NCBI GenBank assembly: GCA_964549395.1 | Contig: CAZJVY010000009.1 | Coordinates: 23 to 64,022, forward strand | Direction of reading: 5' to 3' | Length of the DNA: 64,000 nt | DNA from: an uncultured Armatimonadia bacterium | Lineage (GTDB): Bacteria; Armatimonadota; Zipacnadia; Zipacnadales; UBA11051 | Part shown: one piece after another, positions 20,872 through 31,658 of the stretch | Layout of the letters: every line of letters starts with the position of its first letter | Numbering within the stretch: the first letter of the stretch is position 1 | Position numbers and translations under genes: made by a program | Notes under the pieces: generated by a model | The model's database searches: none | What the model saw: only the letters and a program-made list of their open reading frames with translations | Told to the model about the DNA's origin: nothing

Positions 20872-21853
20872 GACGCTCGTGTGCTCCTTCCGCAATCTCA
20901 GGCTTCGGCTGCTGCGCGAACCACTCTACAAAGCTCTTCAGGCCCGCCTCCAGCGAAGTCGCCGGTTCCCAGCCCAGCAGCCGCCGGGCGCGACCGATGT
21001 CGGCGAATGTGTGCGGCACATCTCCGGCCTGCGCAGGCAACTGCTCTACCCTCGCCTTCGTTCCCATGACCTGCTCCAGCGTCGCAACCAGGCCTTTCAG
21101 CGACAGCGGCCGCCCGCTGCCTATGTTCAGTATCTCGAAGCCGAACTCCGTCTCCAACGCCCTCAGCACCGCCGCAACTACGTCGTCAATGTAGGTATAA
21201 TCGCGCGAGTTGCTGCCGTCCCCGTACAGCGGAATCGGCCTATTCTCCGACATCAGCCGCACGAACTTATTGATCGCCAGATCCGGACGCTGCCGGGGGC
21301 CGTACACGGTGAAAAGTCGCAGGCACAGCACCGGCAGCCCGTAGAGATGATGGAATGTGTGGCAGAGCGCCTCGCCGGCGACCTTGGTGGCCGCGTAGGG
21401 CGAAATCGGGCGGTTGATGTCCGCATCCTCACTGAATGGCAGCGGATTGGCGGCCCCATACACCGACGAGGACGACGCAAATATTAGCTTCACAGGCATG
21501 TGGTCCCGCGCCGCTTCCAGGATGTTGACCGTCCCCTCCACGTTTGTCGCCGCGTACTCGGCCGGCTCTTGCAGCGAGGGCCGCACCCCCGCCTTCGCCG
21601 CCCAGTGCAGCACCCACTCCGGCTCCGCCTCGGCAAACGCCTCCCTCACGGCAGCCGCGTCGCGAATGTCCCCCTCGATGAGCCGGAAGGCCTCATTTCC
21701 CAGAAGGCCGGAGATATTGCGTACCTTGACCTCACGGGGATAGTACGGGTCGAAGTTGTCCAGGCCCACCACGCCGAATCCCGCTCTGAGCGCGGCCTCC
21801 GACAGGTGCGATCCCATGAAACCTGCAGCGCCGGTGATCAGTACCGTTGCCAT
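20861..21853 (-). CDS. NAD-dependent epimerase, UDP-glucuronate 4-epimerase-like
   Basis: TGAAGFMG, AAKAGVRPSL, ASSSSVYG, PISPYAATK, FTVYGPRQRPDLA. Confidence 0.88.
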   Translation of the reverse strand: MATVLITGAAGFMGSHLSEAALRAGFGVVGLDNFDPYYPREVKVRNISGLLGNEAFRLIEGDIRDAAAVREAFAEAEPEWVLHWAAKAGVRPSLQEPAEYAATNVEGTVNILEAARDHMPVKLIFASSSSVYGAANPLPFSEDADINRPISPYAATKVAGEALCHTFHHLYGLPVLCLRLFTVYGPRQRPDLAINKFVRLMSENRPIPLYGDGSNSRDYTYIDDVVAAVLRALETEFGFEILNIGSGRPLSLKGLVATLEQVMGTKARVEQLPAQAGDVPHTFADIGRARRLLGWEPATSLEAGLKSFVEWFAQQPKPEIAEGAHERHAT

Positions 21854-21912
21854 AGCGGAGTATCCCAACCGCCCTGGTGTTTGCTTGCACACCTACATAT
21901 GACGACCATCTC

Positions 21913-21939
21913 GCGGAGGACAGGCATCCTTGCCTGTCC
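21913..21939 (+). repeat. REP-like module E
   Basis: GCGGA-GGACAGGCATCCTTGCCTGTCC hairpin. Confidence 0.75.
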
Positions 21940-21972
21940 TGGCTCCGCCAATCATATCGTGGACTTCTGCAA

Positions 21973-23010
21973 CTAGTAGGTCTCGATCTTCAGCCCTGGC
22001 TGCTGCGGATCAATGGGGATGATCCGCTTCACATCATACTTCTGCAGCTTCCCGGCCAGGTACTTCGGGTCGCTGTGCAGCGCAATTATCGTTCCTCCAC
22101 CGCCTGCGCCGGCCAGCTTCGCCCCCAGAGCGCCGTGCTTCAGCGCCGCCTTCACCAGGCTGTCATTGGCCTCGGAGATACCGAACAGCTCAACACCGAT
22201 CGCGTAGTTTTCATTCATCAGCTCCCCCAGCGTCCGCCAGTCCCGGCTCAGCAATGCCCTTTTCCCATAGCGGGCCAGTTCCGCAGTCCGCGCGATGCCC
22301 TCGACCATCGCCTGCTCGCCATCTTCCCATCGCTTTCTTGGGGGGGCATGGTACGTACCCGACGTGCCCTGCCGCCTGCCGCTGTTGGCAAGCACGAATG
22401 GCAGCGCATCCGACCCGTCAATCTCTTTCAGCAGCGGCTCTACCGTGGCATACGGGCCATCGTCCTGCTCCCATCCCCACGCCTTGTCGCGCAGGTCCAC
22501 ATAGTTGAGGCCGCCGAACACCGCCATGTACTGGTCCTGAAAGCCGCAGTCCACACCCAGCACGGTCCGCTCTATGTGCCTGGCCAACTCGGCGGTGTGG
22601 TGCCGCCTGCACTTCACGCCGAAGTGGGCCAGTATCCCGGACAGGATGGCGACCAGCATCGCCGTGGAGCCCCCACATCCCGCCCGCATCGGTATCGTCG
22701 TCGCGGCGCGCAGGTGAAAGCCTTTGCTCGGGTCAATCTCGATACCCTGCATGTGCCGCTTGTCATCGCCGGTCAGGTACTTCCATACCGCCTTCGCCAC
22801 ATCCAGATAGGGCAGAGGCTCACTCGGCTCCAGGTCGTCTCGCGTCCGTATCTCCGTGATGTGACCGCAGATGTCCAGCGTCAGATCCTCGGCTTGCTTC
22901 ACGAACACCTCGGCTCGCTCGCCGACCGCGCAGGAGATTACACTGCCTCCGTAGATGTCCGAAGGGTTGCCGATGATCCCGACGCGGCCGGGTGCGCTAA
23001 CATGAACCAT
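21973..23010 (-). CDS. GHMP kinase, glucuronokinase-like
   Basis: APGRVGIIGNPSDIYGG, IPMRAGCGGS, GFQDQY, GAKLAGAGGGG; start ATG 23010. Confidence 0.8.
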   Translation of the reverse strand: MVHVSAPGRVGIIGNPSDIYGGSVISCAVGERAEVFVKQAEDLTLDICGHITEIRTRDDLEPSEPLPYLDVAKAVWKYLTGDDKRHMQGIEIDPSKGFHLRAATTIPMRAGCGGSTAMLVAILSGILAHFGVKCRRHHTAELARHIERTVLGVDCGFQDQYMAVFGGLNYVDLRDKAWGWEQDDGPYATVEPLLKEIDGSDALPFVLANSGRRQGTSGTYHAPPRKRWEDGEQAMVEGIARTAELARYGKRALLSRDWRTLGELMNENYAIGVELFGISEANDSLVKAALKHGALGAKLAGAGGGGTIIALHSDPKYLAGKLQKYDVKRIIPIDPQQPGLKIETY

Positions 23011-23058
23011 GCTGCGAACTCTCCTGGCTTGGGGTCCCATCCGTGCACGGAACGCGGG

Positions 23059-23114
23059 TTGACCGCCGATTCGCGTACCATGTAGAATATAGCGTAGATG
23101 GCGGCATTGTGCAA
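23059..23114. promoter_or_regulatory. Overlapping divergent sigma70-type promoters
   Basis: Plus TTGACC-18-TAGAAT (23059-23088); minus TTGCAC-17-TATATT (23114-23086). Confidence 0.6.
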
Positions 23115-23221
23115 TACGGCATGTGACGGCGGCCGGAGGTCGTGCCACGCTACCTGTGCGGTCGCCGTATGCCGGCAGGGCCTGCTGTCGCCTGCCAGCC
23201 GCCGTGGAAGGAACGCCCCGC

Positions 23222-24055
23222 ATGATTGACTTTCACGTCCATATCGGTCGTATCTCGCGCGCTCGCAACCGGGCTGTGTACGACCTCACGCCACAGCAGC
23301 TTATCGAGCGCATGGACCGTGAAGGCATTGAGAAAAGCGTGCTGCTCCCCCTGGAAAGCCCGGAAGCCGTTGCCGGCTGGTTCCTCACCGAAGACGCCAT
23401 TGAGGCACGCGACATGTACCCGGAACGCCTCATCGCCTTCCTCTCAGTTGACCCTCGCACCGGGAATGTCGAGGCCCAGTTCGACATGTTCGTCCAGGAC
23501 TACGGCTGCAAGGGCTTTGGCGAGTTGAAGAACCCTTTGCACTTCGCTGATGAACGCCACCAGGTCATATATGCCAAGTGTGACCAGTATCATCTGCCCC
23601 TTGTCTTCCACAGCGACCCGGGGCGCTGCTACGACGACGCGGGATTGCCCGCCCTGGAGGAGATGCTGCGCAGGTATCCGGGCTGCATCTTCTGCGGCCA
23701 CGGCCCCGGCTTCTGGGCCGCCATCAGCGCCGATGATGACCGCACCGGCGGACATCTCGACGGCCCGATTGCGCCCGGCGGCGCAATTGACCGCCTGCTG
23801 GCCGATTATGAGAACCTCTACGCCATCTTCGACGCCGGTTCCGGTTACAACGGCATGACCCGCGATCCCGACTTCACTAAAGGCTTCATCGAGAGGCACC
23901 ATTCCAGGCTCCTGTTCGGCACCGACTACCTCCGCGCATTCCAGCAGCTTCCACAGGTTGACTGGCTCGGCGCGCTCGACATCCCCGCCGACTGGAAGCA
24001 GGAAATGGCCGCCGGCAATGCCGAACACGTACTCGGCTTCGCCCAATTTCAATGA
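23222..24055 (+). CDS. Amidohydrolase family protein (paralog 1)
   Basis: IDFHVH, FGELK, LVFH, GHGPGFW, LFGTD; start ATG 23222. Confidence 0.88.
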   Translation: MIDFHVHIGRISRARNRAVYDLTPQQLIERMDREGIEKSVLLPLESPEAVAGWFLTEDAIEARDMYPERLIAFLSVDPRTGNVEAQFDMFVQDYGCKGFGELKNPLHFADERHQVIYAKCDQYHLPLVFHSDPGRCYDDAGLPALEEMLRRYPGCIFCGHGPGFWAAISADDDRTGGHLDGPIAPGGAIDRLLADYENLYAIFDAGSGYNGMTRDPDFTKGFIERHHSRLLFGTDYLRAFQQLPQVDWLGALDIPADWKQEMAAGNAEHVLGFAQFQ

Positions 24056-24936
24056 CCCAAGAGGAGAGACGCATCTTGGCAGCACAGACACCGTCCGCCG
24101 ACAGCGACCTGCGCATCATTGACTTCCACGTCCACCCGTGGATCGCCCAGACGTGGTCCTATCCCGAGTTCTTCGGCCTCACGCCCCACCAGCTTGTTGA
24201 CCGCATGGACCGCGAGAGCATCGCCATCAGCGTGCTCTTGCCCGAGGAAAGCCCGGAATGTACCGAATACATCCTCACCAGGGAAGTCGCCGCCGTCCGC
24301 GACATCTACCCGGAGCGTTTCATCGCCTTCGTATCCATTGACCCGCGCCAGAGCAGGCTGCAGGAGCGCATCGTCGCCTGTATCGAGAACTTCGGCTGCA
24401 AGGGCTTCGGGGAGCTGAAAAACGGCCTGCTCCTTGATGACCCCGCAAACGAGGCCATCTACGAGGTCTGCAACCAGTATGGGCTGCCCCTGGTCTTCCA
24501 CTGCGATTCGCGCCTGTGCCGCGATGACGCCGGCCTGCCGCGCCTCGAAGCCATGGCCCGCAAGTACGACAAGCTGAAGTTCGTCGGCCACGGCCCCGGC
24601 TTCTGGAGCGCCATCAGCGGCGATGACGACCGCTCAGAGAACTACCCGAAGGGCCCCATCAAGCCCGGTGGTGCCCTCGACCGCCTCTTTGCCGAATTCG
24701 ACAATGTCTATGGCGAGTTCTCTGCAGGCTCCGGCTACAATGCCCTCACCCGCGACCCCGACTTCACGCCGGGATTCGTGGAGAGAAACCATCACAAGCT
24801 GCTGTTCGGCACCGATTTCATCAGGCCCGGCCAGCAACTGCGCCAGGTCGAATGGATCAACACTGTGGACGTACCCGCGCAGTGGCGACAGGAAATGGCA
24901 TCCGGCAACGCCGCCCGCCTGCTCGGCCTTGACTAG
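24052..24936 (+). CDS. Amidohydrolase family protein (paralog 2)
   Basis: Same motifs; ATGA overlap with paralog 1. Confidence 0.88.
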   Translation: MTQEERRILAAQTPSADSDLRIIDFHVHPWIAQTWSYPEFFGLTPHQLVDRMDRESIAISVLLPEESPECTEYILTREVAAVRDIYPERFIAFVSIDPRQSRLQERIVACIENFGCKGFGELKNGLLLDDPANEAIYEVCNQYGLPLVFHCDSRLCRDDAGLPRLEAMARKYDKLKFVGHGPGFWSAISGDDDRSENYPKGPIKPGGALDRLFAEFDNVYGEFSAGSGYNALTRDPDFTPGFVERNHHKLLFGTDFIRPGQQLRQVEWINTVDVPAQWRQEMASGNAARLLGLD

Positions 24937-24971
24937 TGCTCAATTGAACAACTACCCGCAGCGATGATTCC

Positions 24972-24998
24972 GCGGAGGACAGGCATCCCTGCCTGTCC
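24972..24998 (+). repeat. REP-like module E
   Basis: GCGGA-GGACAGGCATCCCTGCCTGTCC. Confidence 0.75.
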
Positions 24999-25064
24999 CC
25001 GCCGACGCAGTTCTTTAGCGGACCTGCACAAGTCAGTACTGGCCGGCCTACCGGAGAGGAACCC

Positions 25065-25934
25065 TTGGCTTCGGACAAACAAAGCAGCGCAAAGACATTC
25101 CGCCTCATTGACTTCCACGTACATCTGCGCAAGCCGCAGCCGTGGACCTATCCCCGGCAGTTGGGCCTCAGCGCCGAGCAACTCATTGCACGCATGGACC
25201 GCGAGGGTATAGACAAGTCCGTCCTGCTACCCATCGAAAGCCCCGAAGGCCACGAATTCTTCCTCAACGAGGACGCCGTCGCCGCCCGCGACGCCTACCC
25301 CGAACGCTTCATCGCTTTCGTGGCCGTGGACCCGCGCCGCACGCAGGTGCAGGAGCGCATCGCCGCTCATATCGAGAAGTGCGATTGCAGGGGCTTCGGC
25401 GAACACAAGAACAGCCTTGCCTTCGATGACCCCTTGTGCGAAGCTGTGTACGAGGTCTGCAACCACTACCGGCTGCCGCTGGTATTCCACATGGACCCGA
25501 CCCTGTGCGTGGACGATATCGGCCTGCCCCGCCTGGAGAGAATGGCGGAGAAGTACCGGAACGTGAAGTTCGTCGGTCACGGCCCGGGCTTCTGGGCCGC
25601 GATCAGCGGCGATGACGGCCGCTCGGGCGGCTATCCGAAAGGCCCCATCGAGCCCGGCGGTGCGCTTGACCGTCTGCTGGGCCAATACGACAACATCTAT
25701 GCCGAGTTCTCAGCCGGCTCCGGCCACAATGCACTCACCCGCGATCCGCAGTTCACCGAGGGCTTTGTGGAGAGGAATCACGACAAGCTCATCTTCGGCA
25801 CCGATTACCTGCAGGCCGGTCAGAGCCTACCGCAGATCGAGTGGCTGGCCGCTCTTGATATGCCGATCGAGTGGCGCCAGCAGATGGCCTACGCCAACGC
25901 GCAGCGCATCATGGGGATGTCTGAGGAGCCATGA
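25065..25934 (+). CDS. Amidohydrolase family protein (paralog 3)
   Basis: Same motifs; TTG start after a GAGGA SD. Confidence 0.88.
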   Translation: MASDKQSSAKTFRLIDFHVHLRKPQPWTYPRQLGLSAEQLIARMDREGIDKSVLLPIESPEGHEFFLNEDAVAARDAYPERFIAFVAVDPRRTQVQERIAAHIEKCDCRGFGEHKNSLAFDDPLCEAVYEVCNHYRLPLVFHMDPTLCVDDIGLPRLERMAEKYRNVKFVGHGPGFWAAISGDDGRSGGYPKGPIEPGGALDRLLGQYDNIYAEFSAGSGHNALTRDPQFTEGFVERNHDKLIFGTDYLQAGQSLPQIEWLAALDMPIEWRQQMAYANAQRIMGMSEEP

Positions 25935-27199
25935 AAAAAGTCGTCCTGCCCATTCTGTTGCTGGGCCTTGCGGCCGGTCTGTCCGCCGCCGACATCGTCC
26001 GCGACATAGTCGGCTTCGCTCCTGAGCGGCCGCACAGCTACGATCAGTTCATGGCCGCCGTGGAGCAGCTTGCCGCGTCGCCGCGCATCAGCGCCGAGAA
26101 CATCGGCTTCTCCCGCAAGGGGCGGCCGCTGGTGCTGCTGGCCGTGCACGCCCCCGAGCTGCCCAGCCTGGATCCGGACCACTGGCCGCCTTGCCTGTTC
26201 GTCATCGCCCGTCAGCACGGCACCGAATCATCGGGAACCGAGGCCGCCCTCGCTCTGCTCCGCTACTTCGCCACCACCGAGGATGAGACCAGCCGCGCCA
26301 TCCTCCGGCAACTGACCATCGCCGCCGTCCCCATGGCCAATCCCGACGGCGTGGCTGCCTCCCGGCGCTCCAACGCCGCTGATGTGGACCTCAACCGCGA
26401 CTGGGGCAGTCTCAGTCAGCCCGAAACCAGGGCCATCGCCGATGCCGTCGCCCGCTGGCAGCCGCTGGCCATCATTGACCTGCACGAACTCCCGGGCAGC
26501 TCCGCCAAGCCGGCCTTCGCACAGAGCTTCATCCAGACCATCGGCCGCGACGGCAAAATCCCGCCCTCGACAAGCGAAGACTGCGGCATCTGCAGCCTGC
26601 GACTGGCCCAGTGGATGCGCACCTACTCATTTCCGGCAAACCTCTACTACGATTACAGCCACGAGTCTTCGGCTCTCTGCCACCGCTACTTCGGCCTCAC
26701 ACGCAGCATCCCGGCCTACCTCTTCGAGGCCAAGACCGGTCCCGGTCACTCGCTCGCAGAGAGGGTCACCTTCCACGTGCTCGGCGCTCTCGTGGTCGGC
26801 AACTACCTCATCCACACCTACTACGACAGCAACCGCCCAACCGGCGTCGCAGTGGCGGAGGCGCCCCCAACAGACCAGCAGCCAACCGAACCACCACCTG
26901 CCGAGGTACCGCCCTTGGCACTGGAGATCCTCAAGCCGACCGACGGCACCGTAGCCGGCGGCGAGATACCGGTTGTCGTGCAAACCCAAGGAGAGGGCTT
27001 CTCCTACGTCACCTTCCACGTTGACGGCATGATCAGGGCGCTCACCACTGCTTTCCCCTACACATTCGTCCTCGATGCCTCCGACTACGCCGACGGCCAG
27101 CACCGCATTGATGTCGCGCTCTGCAACGATATCGGCCGCCCGCTGCTCAGCAAGCAATGCACCATCACCATCAACAACGACGCGCAACGTGGCGAATAG
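25931..27199 (+). CDS. Secreted M14-like zinc carboxypeptidase with C-terminal Ig-like domain
   Basis: Signal peptide, RQHGTE, ANPDG, DLNRDW, DLHE, Pro-rich linker, Big-like tail (VTFHVDG...PYTF...DGQH). Confidence 0.8.
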   Translation: MKKVVLPILLLGLAAGLSAADIVRDIVGFAPERPHSYDQFMAAVEQLAASPRISAENIGFSRKGRPLVLLAVHAPELPSLDPDHWPPCLFVIARQHGTESSGTEAALALLRYFATTEDETSRAILRQLTIAAVPMANPDGVAASRRSNAADVDLNRDWGSLSQPETRAIADAVARWQPLAIIDLHELPGSSAKPAFAQSFIQTIGRDGKIPPSTSEDCGICSLRLAQWMRTYSFPANLYYDYSHESSALCHRYFGLTRSIPAYLFEAKTGPGHSLAERVTFHVLGALVVGNYLIHTYYDSNRPTGVAVAEAPPTDQQPTEPPPAEVPPLALEILKPTDGTVAGGEIPVVVQTQGEGFSYVTFHVDGMIRALTTAFPYTFVLDASDYADGQHRIDVALCNDIGRPLLSKQCTITINNDAQRGE

Positions 27200-27211
27200 G
27201 GCGGAGATGCG

Positions 27212-27646
27212 ATGAAGTGGAAATGGACGCCGTCCATCGCTTACGCCTGCGTCATCCTCGCGTTCACCTCCGTACCGGGAGACTACCTGCTCGTTCCCGA
27301 GCCTTTCGACATCTCAGACAAGTGGGTGCACGCGGCTCTCTACCTGCCCCTTGGCGCCCTCGCGTTCGGGGCTTTATCCAGAGGACACCGACCGCTGTCA
27401 CTGTGGCGCCGCTCTTTCTACACACTCATAGTCTGTGCCGCCTTCGCCGCCTTGGACGAATGCCATCAGCTATTCATCCCCGGCCGCTTTGGCGATGTGC
27501 TTGATTGGCTGGCGGATACCATCGGTGTCGCGGCAGGGACGGGCCTGAGCCTGGCCTGCATCCATTGGCGGCGACCTGTAGAGCCGGAAGCCGAGGAAGT
27601 GGAGGTCGTGCTCGATGCCACAGCCGCACCCGACAGACATGACTGA
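27212..27646 (+). CDS. VanZ family membrane protein
   Basis: DKWVH, DECHQLFIPGR, DWLAD. Confidence 0.88.
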   Translation: MKWKWTPSIAYACVILAFTSVPGDYLLVPEPFDISDKWVHAALYLPLGALAFGALSRGHRPLSLWRRSFYTLIVCAAFAALDECHQLFIPGRFGDVLDWLADTIGVAAGTGLSLACIHWRRPVEPEAEEVEVVLDATAAPDRHD

Positions 27647-27706
27647 CGCCATCTCGCCGGCCGTTCCGGTCGCGCCGGCCGGTCTGACCCTTCGGAGGCC
27701 GCTATC

Positions 27707-29272
27707 ATGACGGAGCAGAGCAAGCCTGCTGGCCCCAGCCGCGTCCGCACCATTCCAGCCGCTGTGGCCGTACTGCCACTGCTGGCCGCCCTCACGCTCT
27801 CCTGCGTCCCTGCCGAGCGGCAGGTGTCGGGCGGCAGCGGCCCGCGCGGCCTCGAGCGCAGCTTCACCGGCATATCCGAGCGGACGCTGCCCGCCGTGGT
27901 CAGCATCTCGTGCGAGCTGCAGGCCCCGGACGCTGAGCAGGCCCGCAGGCTCATGCGGGAATGGTTCGAGCAGCATCAGTACCCGATGCCGAAGGGACTG
28001 CTCGACGAGCAGGGCGGCAAGTCGGACGGCAGCACCGGCAAATCCGGCAGCGATGAGCCGAGGCCCGGCAGCATGGGCTCCGGCTGGATCTACGATGCCG
28101 ACGGCTTCATCGTCACCAACGCCCACGTCGTCAGGAATGCCGGCCGCATCAACGTTCGCCTCAACGACATCCCCGATGACATCAAGATGTATCCTGCCGA
28201 GCTCTGGGCCACCGACCCCAAGAGCGAACTGGCCGTCCTCAAAATCCAAGTGGACCGCAAGTTGCCTGTGCTCCAGCTCGGCAACTCGGAGGCGCTGAAG
28301 GTCGGCTCGTGGGTGATGGCCTTCGGCAGCCCCTTCGCCCTCCAGCAGACCGTCACCGTCGGTGTGGTGAGCGCCAAAGGCAGAGTGCTTCCGGGGCAGT
28401 CCAAGTACATCACCCTCGGCGACATTATCCAGACCGACGCCTCCATCAATGTCGGCAATAGCGGCGGCCCGCTGGTCAACCTCAATGGCGAGGTCGTGGG
28501 CATCAATGTCGCCATCGCCACTCCGCAGCCCGGACTCCTCGCCGGCAGTGTCGGCATCGGCTTCGCAATCCCGGCTGACACAGCCGCCTATGTGATCCCG
28601 CGTCTCATCGAGAAGCGTGACGTCCATCGCGGCTGGCTCGGCGTCAGGATCGAGGACCTCACGCCCAACATGCGCGATCTCTACGCAGCCCCTCACGGCG
28701 GCGCTCTGGTGACCAAGAGCTTCACCGAGGCCCCGGGAGAGCGGGCTGGCCTGCGCTCAGATGACGTTATCGTCGCAGTAGGCGAGCGCAATGTCACTTC
28801 CACCTGGGACCTGCAGAAGGCCATTTCGCGCAGCGCCCCGGGAGCTCAGGTCACGCTTACCATCATCCGCGACGGCAAGGAGATGGCCCTCACCGCAACG
28901 CTCGGCGAGATGCCCGCCAAGTACGCCGGCGCGCCTCCCCAAAGGCCCGAGCCGCCGAAGCATGAAAAACGCCAGTTGGGCCTGCAAGTCAAGGCCATTG
29001 ACCCGAAGCTGAAAAAGCAGTTTGACCTGCACTACGAGCAAGGAGCCGTCGTCGTTGGGGTGAGAAGCGGCTCAGCGGCCGCCGGCAAGATCAAACCGGG
29101 AGATGTCATCCTCAAGGTGAACCGCGATGAGGTGGGGTCAATGGCTGAGTACGAGAAGGCTATCAAGGCCGCTCAGAGCGCGGGCCGCGACTACATTCTC
29201 TTGCGGGTCGAGCGCACTCTTGATGACGGCGAGATCACACTGGTCACCGCCGACATAGACCTCAAGCCTTAG
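27707..29272 (+). CDS. HtrA/DegP-family serine protease with two PDZ domains
   Basis: GSG, TNAHV, QTDASINVGNSGGPL, two PDZ domains; possible lipoprotein signal (TLSC). Confidence 0.93.
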   Translation: MTEQSKPAGPSRVRTIPAAVAVLPLLAALTLSCVPAERQVSGGSGPRGLERSFTGISERTLPAVVSISCELQAPDAEQARRLMREWFEQHQYPMPKGLLDEQGGKSDGSTGKSGSDEPRPGSMGSGWIYDADGFIVTNAHVVRNAGRINVRLNDIPDDIKMYPAELWATDPKSELAVLKIQVDRKLPVLQLGNSEALKVGSWVMAFGSPFALQQTVTVGVVSAKGRVLPGQSKYITLGDIIQTDASINVGNSGGPLVNLNGEVVGINVAIATPQPGLLAGSVGIGFAIPADTAAYVIPRLIEKRDVHRGWLGVRIEDLTPNMRDLYAAPHGGALVTKSFTEAPGERAGLRSDDVIVAVGERNVTSTWDLQKAISRSAPGAQVTLTIIRDGKEMALTATLGEMPAKYAGAPPQRPEPPKHEKRQLGLQVKAIDPKLKKQFDLHYEQGAVVVGVRSGSAAAGKIKPGDVILKVNRDEVGSMAEYEKAIKAAQSAGRDYILLRVERTLDDGEITLVTADIDLKP

Positions 29273-29306
29273 CCCGTCTTCCGTTTCCCAGGGCACACAT
29301 TACCCT

Positions 29307-29417
29307 CGCGTGCCACAGGCTGGAAAGCCTATGGCACGCGACAGGAGGAAGGGGTGTGGTGGTGCTGCGGTGGACCTTGTAGGAGTCTTTGGGAAGGGTT
29401 CCCCCCTGGTGGGATCG
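29307..29417 (+). repeat. REP-like mosaic C-F
   Basis: CGCGTGCCACAGGCTGGAAAGCCTATGGCACGCG palindrome plus tail ...TAGGAGTCTTTGGGAAGGGTTCCCCCCTGG. Confidence 0.8.
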
Positions 29418-30227
<810 letters not shown>

Positions 30228-30276
30228 TCTCCTCCTGTCGGCGCTTCATCATGTCCGCGTCCAAGTCCGGGGCGCA

Positions 30277-31470
30277 CTACTTATCGTCCAGAGCCTCGAT
30301 TGCCGGCAGCTTCCCGTCCTCCAGGAACTCCAGGGATGCACCGCCGCCGGTTGAGATGTGGTCTATGGTGTCGGCCACACCCATCTGCGTTACAGCCGCC
30401 ACCGAATCGCCGCCGCCGACCACGTTGAAGCCCGGGCAATCGCCCATCGCCTTGGCCACCGCGAGCGTGCCCTCGTTGAACGGCTTGTCCTCGTATTTGC
30501 CCATCGGCCCGTTCCAGAACACGTTGGCCGCCTTCAATACGACCTCGGCGTATGCCTTGCGTGTTTCGTCCCCGATGTCCAGCGCATCCCAGCCCGGCTC
30601 GATGGCATCGGCCGCCGCATGCTTGATCTGGTGATCGCCCGCCACGTTCTTCATGTACACATCCGTCGGCAGCTTCAGCTTCTTCAGGTCGCCACCCATG
30701 GTGGCGTAGATGTCCTTGGCCGCCGCGACGCTCTCCGGCTCGCAAAGCGACAGCCCGACCTCCATGCCCTTCGCCTTGAAGAACGCCCACGACATCGCGC
30801 CACCCACCAGCATCGTCTCGCATTTGGGCAGCAGCGACTTGATGACCCCGATCTTGTCCTCGACCTTGGCCCCGCCGAGCACCACCACGAAGCCTTCCTG
30901 CGGGGCCTGTAGAATCTGCGTCAACTGGTCGGTCTCCAGCTCCACCAGGAAGCCGGCCACACACGGGCTTAGATGCTTTGTCACCCCGTATGTGGAGCCG
31001 TGGTTGCGGTGGCAGGCACCGAAGGCGTCATTCACGAAGAAATCAGCAGGCGCCGCCAGCTTCCCGCCGAATTCCACTATGCTCGCCTCGTCCTTCGACT
31101 CCTCCTCGGCGTAGAAGCGCGTATTCTCCAGCAGCACCACATCGCCGGCCTGCATCTTCGCCACTGCCGCCCCCACCTCATCGCCGATGCAGTCGCCCAC
31201 GAACCCGACATCCTTCTTCAGCACCTCGGCAAGCCGAACGGCGCACGGACGCAGGCTGAATTCGGGTGCCACCTTGCCCTTGGGCCGGCCCAGGTGCGCG
31301 CACAGGATCACCTTGCAGCCCTTGCCGATCAGGTACTCAATCGTGGGCACAGACGCCCGTATCCGCGTGTCGTCGCCGATCTCTCCGTTCTTCAGCGGAA
31401 CGTTGAAATCAACCCGCACCAGCGCCGTCTTGCCGCTTATCTCCCGATCCCTGACAGTAGCCTTATACAT
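30277..31470 (-). CDS. pgk: Phosphoglycerate kinase
   Basis: RVDFNVP, HLGRP, NDAFG, GGAKV, WNGPMG, GGGDS, STGGGASLE. Confidence 0.98.
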   Translation of the reverse strand: MYKATVRDREISGKTALVRVDFNVPLKNGEIGDDTRIRASVPTIEYLIGKGCKVILCAHLGRPKGKVAPEFSLRPCAVRLAEVLKKDVGFVGDCIGDEVGAAVAKMQAGDVVLLENTRFYAEEESKDEASIVEFGGKLAAPADFFVNDAFGACHRNHGSTYGVTKHLSPCVAGFLVELETDQLTQILQAPQEGFVVVLGGAKVEDKIGVIKSLLPKCETMLVGGAMSWAFFKAKGMEVGLSLCEPESVAAAKDIYATMGGDLKKLKLPTDVYMKNVAGDHQIKHAAADAIEPGWDALDIGDETRKAYAEVVLKAANVFWNGPMGKYEDKPFNEGTLAVAKAMGDCPGFNVVGGGDSVAAVTQMGVADTIDHISTGGGASLEFLEDGKLPAIEALDDK

Positions 31471-31517
31471 GTCGGCCCACCCATCCGTCCGAGTTGTCCA
31501 TCCACGATTTGCACAGC

Positions 31518-31615
31518 GGAGGCGGACGTGACAACATCCGCCTCCGCTTCATTTTGGCTCACATGGGCCTGCTCCGCCGCAACCATCTCGCGGAGACAGG
31601 CATCTCTGCCTGTCC
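31518..31615 (+). repeat. Hairpin plus REP-like module E between gap and pgk
   Basis: GGAGGCGGA...TCCGCCTCC hairpin; GCGGAGACAGGCATCTCTGCCTGTCC preceded by ACCATCTC as at 21905. Confidence 0.65.
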
Positions 31616-31658
31616 GTGGCGACGCAATTGCTGTGGCAGACCTCCACAGGCGAGCACA

